A DNA stretch of 12,586 nt, taken from Geosiphon pyriformis uo1. Its lineage: Eukaryota; Fungi; Glomeromycota. Each line of letters opens with the position of its first letter. Position 1 is the stretch's first letter. Made by a program: the position numbers and the translations under genes. Below, piece after piece: positions 6,830 through 12,586 of the stretch. The DNA lies in the NCBI GenBank assembly GCA_016748015.1, contig JAAOMT010000335.1, forward strand, positions 1-12,586, written 5' to 3'. The notes beneath the pieces are model-generated. The model had not been told where the DNA came from and ran no database searches. It worked only from the letters and a program-made list of their open reading frames with translations.

Positions 6830-9800
6830 AGTCATATGGTGGGATATAATGGGACATGGTGGAATATAGAGGGTGGTTATGGGGTATAGTGGATATAGGT
6901 ATAGTGGATGGGGTAGAATAGTGGGGCCACAGGGGGCATTTGTATATGGTGGCCACATTTTGTGCCACATGGTGGAATGGGAATACCTCTTGGTGGGCAT
7001 AAGGGTTGATATATAGGTCTAGGGACTACCTTTGGTTATATGGGCTACATAGGGTAGGGTCTAGGATACCACATGGGGATTCTAGAGGGTGATACATGGT
7101 GGCCTCTTTGTTGAAAGGTCCTTGTGTGCCACATCCGGGCATAGTGGTGAGGGATCTGGGGGTTAGATAGGGGTAGTGGGTGGTATTGTTGGGTAGTGGG
7201 TTCTTAGGGGCCACATGGGGCATTGGGTTGAGTGTCCCATCTTGTGGGTAGAGGGGACATGGTTTGTAGTGGGGCCACTGGGCATATTGGAAATAGTGTT
7301 ATAGTGGAATATGGTAGGACATGGGCTATTGGGTGGGATAGATGGGACATATGGGTATGGGGCAGATAGGGACTATTGTGTAGAGGTATTGGGGTAGTAA
7401 TGGGCAGATGGTGGTAATAGTGGTTGATAGTGGGATATTTACTATTAGGGGCCACATACTGTGGCAGTTGGGGTTTGGTGGGATAATGGGCTACATTGTG
7501 GGATCTAGTGGGTGTATGGTGGGGATCTTTAGTATTTGGTGCCACATCGGGCAACATTGGGGCTACCTAGTGGGGTAGTGGTTCATAGTGGGTTAGTGGG
7601 CTATAGTGGGATAGTGGGGCCACACTGTGGCACATGGTTGGGATCCTGTGAATAGGGGATCTAGGGTATGGGGATGCCACATCCTGTTGCAGATGGGTTT
7701 GTATGGGCCACACATTTTGTGGTATTTGGGTAGTATGGGGCTACAGAGGGAATGGTTGTTGGGCTACCTATGGGGCATAGGGCTATATTGTGTGTGGTGG
7801 ATATGAGCTAGAGTGCTACATAGGGCATAGGGCATATGGGATAGTAGTCGGGGATGGGTCATGGGGCAGATAGGGGATATCTGGGTATATAGGGCATCTG
7901 GGATAGGTATAGTGGGATATCCTGGTATGGGACAGGATGGGTCAGGGTCATAGGGGTATGGTTGGGCCACATAGGGCATATGGGCATCATATGGTAGTTG
8001 TGGTATAGGGGCATATGGTGGGACATATTGGATGCCCCAGGGCATAAGGGGTAGAATATGACATCCTCTGGGATATTTGGAGTATGGGGCCACATATGGC
8101 ATATGGGTCTAGGGAATGGTTGGGATAGTGCCCATCTTGTTTGGCTGGTATTCTAGGATATCACATAGTGTGATTGGTGAGATGCCCCATCTCAGGGCAT
8201 AGTGGCTATTAGTGGAATATGTAATATAGTGGTGGCACATGGTTGGATAGGGATACCACACGGGCATATGGTATGATGGGTAGTGGGTAATAGGGTAGAG
8301 TGGTTATGGGACATCATGGGAGTTATGGGATGGGTAGGTATGGGTCTGTCTCATATCATGTGTGGTATGGTATAGGATGTCTCCTATGGGGCTCTGGTAC
8401 CTAGGGCTTGGTTATTAGTGTGCCACATAGGTAGATGGGCATAGGGAGGTAGAATGGGGGCAGATTGTGGATACCACTTGGTCTATTGGGTAGTGGCCCC
8501 TCTGGGCATGGGTAGGTCACATCTTGTGGTATATGGGCACATAGTGGAAGTGGTGGGGAATCTGGGCATATGGGTGGGATATAGTGCCACATCTTTGGAC
8601 ATCTGGGACATTAGGGATACCAACATCGTGGTATATTGGGATGGGGAAGGGATAGTGGTTATGGGTATGGTGGGTAGAATGGGTATGTGATTGCCCATTG
8701 GGCATAGGGAGGTCTAGGGGATAGGGAAGGGTGGTTAGGGGGATAGAGGCCACATTTGGATTCTGAGGGGCCCTGGGGGCCTCTGTTGATGTGTCACCTA
8801 TGGGACCTGTGTGGTAGAGGGTCTGGGCACATTTGGCATAGTGGGTGGGGTACTCTGGGCACATGGTCTGGTCTGGGTATCTCATGGGTTATGTGGCATC
8901 TTTGTATGGGTTATAGTGGATGCCCAGGGGGCAGATAGAGGTCTAGTGGGGCCCCTTTTTGGCCCCTTTTGTGGGATATCCTATGAGTATGGTGGTAGAT
9001 GGTGGGATAGTTTGATTAGGTGGCATATCCTATGGGATCTAGTGCCACATCCATGTTGCTTGGGAGGTGCCACATAGGGCTCCATAGGTATAGGTGGATA
9101 GGGGCTATTGTGGAAGATATTGGATACCACCTCTTGTGGCACATTGGGATGGTAGGGATCTAGGGCTAGAGGATATAGGATGCCACATGGGGCATAGTAG
9201 GACATTGGATGCCCCCATCATATGGGAATAGTGGTAGGTATAGGTTCTTGTGGTTATGGTTGATAGGGCTACATAGGGTATCTGGGTGTATGGCACATAA
9301 TTGGCCACATCCTGTGCATAGTGGCATCATGTTGGATGGAGCTATTGTTGGTAGAGTAGTGTAAGGGTTGGTAGAGTAGTGGTATAGGGTAATATGGGTC
9401 TGGGGCCCTAGTTGTGGTATCTTGTGGCACATGGTACATATGGTGGGATATGGTGGTAATATTGTGCCACCTGGCTATGGGCTACATCATGTGGGTCTGG
9501 TGTGGTATATGGGTAGAGGGGCATGGTGGATATATTGGGTATTGTTTGGTGCCACATCGGGCACATTGGTTATTAGGGTGCCCCATTGTGGGATCTGGGT
9601 TGGAGTGTCACTATTGTTTGCCACATCATGTTGCATATGGTGGATACATTTGGTCATGGGTCTGGGGCCCCTTTGGTTTTGGGGCCAATGGGGGTTGGGG
9701 GTGCAAGTGGGGGCCAATTTGGGTTTGGGGAATTGGTGTTGGGGGGACCAATTTGTGTGGGTTGGGGGGCCAATTTGGGTTGGGGGTAATTGTGTTTGGT

Positions 9801-10186
9801 GTCCAATGGTTGGGCCAGTTGAATTTGCGTTGAATTTGTGTTTGGGGACCAATTGGGGTTGGGCTAATTTGGTTTGGGGGGCCTATTTAGAATTTTGGGT
9901 GGGTTTGGGAATTTGGGTTTTGGCCTATTTGTGGGGCCAACTTGGGAATTTTGGGTGTCAATTGGGATGGGTTTGTGGCCAATTTGGAATTTGGATTGGC
10001 CATTGGTGTCAATTTTGATGGTGGTGGGCCTCTTGGGAATTTGGGTTGGGCACATTTGGTGGATATGGTAGAGTTTGGACATTGGGGATATGGGCGATTT
10101 GGTATTGGTGGGATAGGCAGTGGGCCACATGGGGCATATAAGTGATATGGTGGGATAGAGAGTGTGCCACATGTTGGATGTGGTGG
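6830..10186 (+). repeat. G/T-skewed low-complexity arm of dispersed short words; continues through the origin into 1-640 (~4 kb total)
   Basis: C is rare and mostly confined to the words GCCACAT, GCTACA, GGCACAT, GGGCATA, GGATCT and GGATAC. Roughly 50-60 GCCACA/GCTACA/GGCACA-type words by eye, all on one strand and in mixed reading frames. Longer recurrences include GGTGCCACATCGGGCA(A)CATTGG at ~7538 and ~9548. Confidence 0.9.
9680..10050 (+). repeat. Degenerate (CC/G)AATTTGGG / GTTTGGG repeat subdomain with dense G-runs
   Basis: AATT cores at 9716, 9731, 9750, 9772, 9788, 9822, 9833, 9851, 9866, 9891, 9910, 9947, 9960, 9981, 9988, 10011 and 10038, flanked by G-runs. The GCCACAT word is absent here. 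Confidence 0.8.
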
Positions 10187-12586
10187 TAGATGGGATGGTG
10201 GTGTGGGCATATGGGTGGTAAGGGGGCTACATTGGGGTATAGAGGTGGATATGGTGGGATAATTGGGTATGGGGCATGTGGGCACATTTTGACATGTTTG
10301 GTCTGGGTCTGGGCATATGGGGCCACATGGGGAATCTTGGGTATAGTGTGATTGGGGCCACATCGTGGCTATGGGGTAGAATATGGGCATATTGTGGTAG
10401 TATGGGGCCACATGGGCTACAATAGGGGATGGGCATATGGGGAATGGTTGTGGTATGGGCATATTGGGGACTCTGGTTTGAGAGGGCTACAATGGGATAT
10501 GGGCATAGGGGCTACAATTTGGTGTGGGTGGTGGTATTGTGGGATAGCGCATATTGGGTGGTATCTGGCGTGATATGGGTATTGGTGGCAGGTGCCACAT
10601 GGTGGTTAGGGTTGCCACATTGGGCATATCGTGAGTATGGGCCACATCTTGGCAGATATGAGCTACATAGTGGTATAATGGGACATCTAGGGCAACATCC
10701 TGTTGCATATGGGTATTGGATGCCACATAGGGCATATCGGGTGGTGTATATGGGTATAGGGCAATGGTTGGGATAGGGATAGGGTATAGTGGGATATGGG
10801 ATACCTCTAGTGGCATAGGGACTACATGGATACTCAGCCTCATGCTTTACACCATCATGGTGGATGGTAACCCGACTAACTCGTAAGTCATTCCGAATTA
10901 GCCCATACTCTACCCGCCCCGGGTAGTACGGTTGTGGAAGGCTTCAGCATCCCAACCCTAACTTTCTATTTGCCCCTCGGCCGTACCAAACGGCCTGAGG
11001 GTACTGCTAAGGGTTCGCCTTTGGTTGAAACAAAGGGTACAACCCAAAAGCTATCGGATAGTACTCTGGTTAGGAGCCTATAAGGTCCGATTTAAGTCAC
11101 AACCTTGTAGCATAACCTCCCAAACCTATCCTATGAATTAGGAAATGGATAAGATGGTTGTTATAGGAAACTATAAGATTTGAGATAGAGTGGTGGATAT
11201 GGTTAGGAGCACATGGTTAGTACTAGAGACAGGTCCCATCAAACCTCTTACTTAACCAAACAATCCCCTCCATGAACTGGTAATCCATAATTATGGGTAG
11301 TCTTAGCTTGTCAGTCTCCGCTGCGGATGGCAAGACCCGTAACATGGTACTATACCATTGCGGCCAACCAACTTACTTCAACAAGCCCCCCATAACCTGA
11401 AGTCAGATCCTTTCGGGAAACCGAATAGTCTTTCTAAAGGTCCTTCATGAACACTGTCTAGTGGGGTGCTGACCATGATGGTTACTCCATATCCATACAG
11501 TGATTCAACTGTGCACTCTTCCCAATACGTTACAAGGGGGTGTGTAAGGTATTGGATGGACCACGCTGTACTCTCCCCGAACTCCCAAAGTTCATAGGTA
11601 CAGGGCCCATTCGACTTTAACACCTATACTCTTGAGCAGCTTAGATAGGTCCATAACTGAGTAGTACGTTGGTAATATTGGTACTTTCAAAGAATACCTC
11701 CTCCTAATCACAAACCTCCCAAACATTTGGACCCGAAGTTTATCCTTAGAATGGTGCTTTATTTGGTAGGCTTCTATGGGTTACCATAACCACACTACAC
11801 ACACCAAACCAGTCATCACATCTCACCAGTGTATTGGGTGCCTAAAATTAGAAACAGGCATCCGATCATACCAACCCGATCCTCGGTCTATCCACAAAGG
11901 ATAGGGCGGAACAGGTATGGCTAAGTAGCTTCTAGGATATACACCCCCAAGATGGATTGTTGTCCACGCTTTGGCATAGTTCGGTGGCATGGTCAGATTC
12001 CTATCCCAATAGGAACCCCCCCACCAACCGGTTATACCTACCACTATTGCTTTAGACATGGCCGTCCGGTACACTCCCTAGGGGTTAGGGTAATGTACAC
12101 TTCGGCCGTGGACACATCGGGGTCCCTTCCTACACTGAGGTATGCTTAAAGGATTGAGGTATCCTTGGACGGCATGAAGGGCCACACGTGTGGTCATATA
12201 ACTCAGTTCAGCCTTCCCCACTATTCAATGGTTATTGTGGGAGAAAGGCTTAGCCTAATCCTACATTAACCTTAACTGGGGGTTAGGGTAAATGGGAATT
12301 GGACTCCGATCCACGTATATCCCTGTATCGCTACCCATCTTATCTGTCACAGCCAAGGAACCAGTACTCTTACCCTCTCCAAATATGGATTGGGTGTAGA
12401 CAGATTATTCGGACTTACAGTACTACTCTCTTCATAAAGAAGGAGTTCTACCATAACTCAGTTACCTATACTTTAAGCTATAGGGATAAGCTCTTGTAGT
12501 AATAGACTTAAGCCAACCGAACTCCCGTCCTCCTAAGGAAGTGTCCAGGTGCATAGTAGGTAGTCCATTGGGATGGGAACCCCCCC
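10187..12586 (+). repeat. Second copy of 1-2400 (wrap-around overlap of a circular contig)
   Basis: Start, end and all translated ORFs are identical to 1-2400. The overlap is a round 2,400 nt, which suggests it was added during windowing. Confidence 0.93.
10836..12586 (+). ncRNA. Wrap-around duplicate of the first 1.75 kb of structured unit 1
   Basis: Identical to 650-2400 at an offset of 10,186. Confidence 0.65.

Larger units (their letters stand above)
1..10186. mobile_element. Putative complete 10,186-nt circular element with no protein-coding gene (plasmid-like, satellite or minichromosome; host unknown)
   Basis: The sequence from 10187 restarts as TAGATGGGATGGTG, identical to position 1. 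ORF-track entries recur with an offset of 10,186 (41..250 vs 10227..10436; 2113..2313 vs 12299..12499). No Rep, integrase or other recognisable ORF. A 10.2-kb tandem unit in a larger genome is not excluded. Confidence 0.7.

Noticed and set aside
9690-9745. Kinetoplast minicircle CSB-3 (GGGGTTGGTGTA) or a true telomere array
   Set aside because: No exact CSB-3 and no CSB-1/CSB-2 seen, only loose similarity (GGGGAATTGGTGTT), and the hexamers are irregular. An organellar origin is not excluded.
6744-10843. Many overlapping ORFs in the arm (up to 198 aa; Gly/Trp/Val-rich on +, Pro/His/Thr-rich on -)
   Set aside because: They are by-products of skewed composition. They overlap in several frames on both strands, and the repeated word is read in different frames (GPH, AT, GH) within single ORFs.
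10187-12586. Biological 2.4-kb terminal repeat or LTR
   Set aside because: The length is exactly 2,400 nt, the ends fall at arbitrary points inside both domains, and there are no LTR termini or retroelement genes. A circular wrap-around explains it better.

Overview
Positions 10187-12586 repeat 1-2400 (period 10,186; overlap exactly 2,400), so this is most likely one complete 10,186-nt circular molecule shown with wrap-around. I find no credible protein-coding gene, rRNA or tRNA. The circle has two parts. (1) About 650-6812 is a ~6.2-kb highly base-paired region made of three diverged head-to-tail copies of one large structured unit (~650-3125, ~3126-5399, ~5400-6812). The copies share colinear sequence anchors, helices conserved by compensatory changes, G-U wobbles and GNRA loops that favour a + strand RNA, and insertions that are themselves hairpins. 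(2) About 6830-10186 plus 1-640 is a ~4-kb strongly G/T-skewed, C-poor arm built from short recurring words (GCCACAT/GCTACA, GGGCATA), with a distinct CCAATTTGGG subdomain at ~9680-10050. The layout is A1-B1-A2-B2-A3-[G/T arm]: a diverged trimer in which the arm occupies the place of the third B segment. My best interpretation (inference) is a protein-free circular replicon, satellite or organellar-type minichromosome carrying a very large structured non-coding RNA that I cannot assign to a known family. All alignments and pairings were made by eye.
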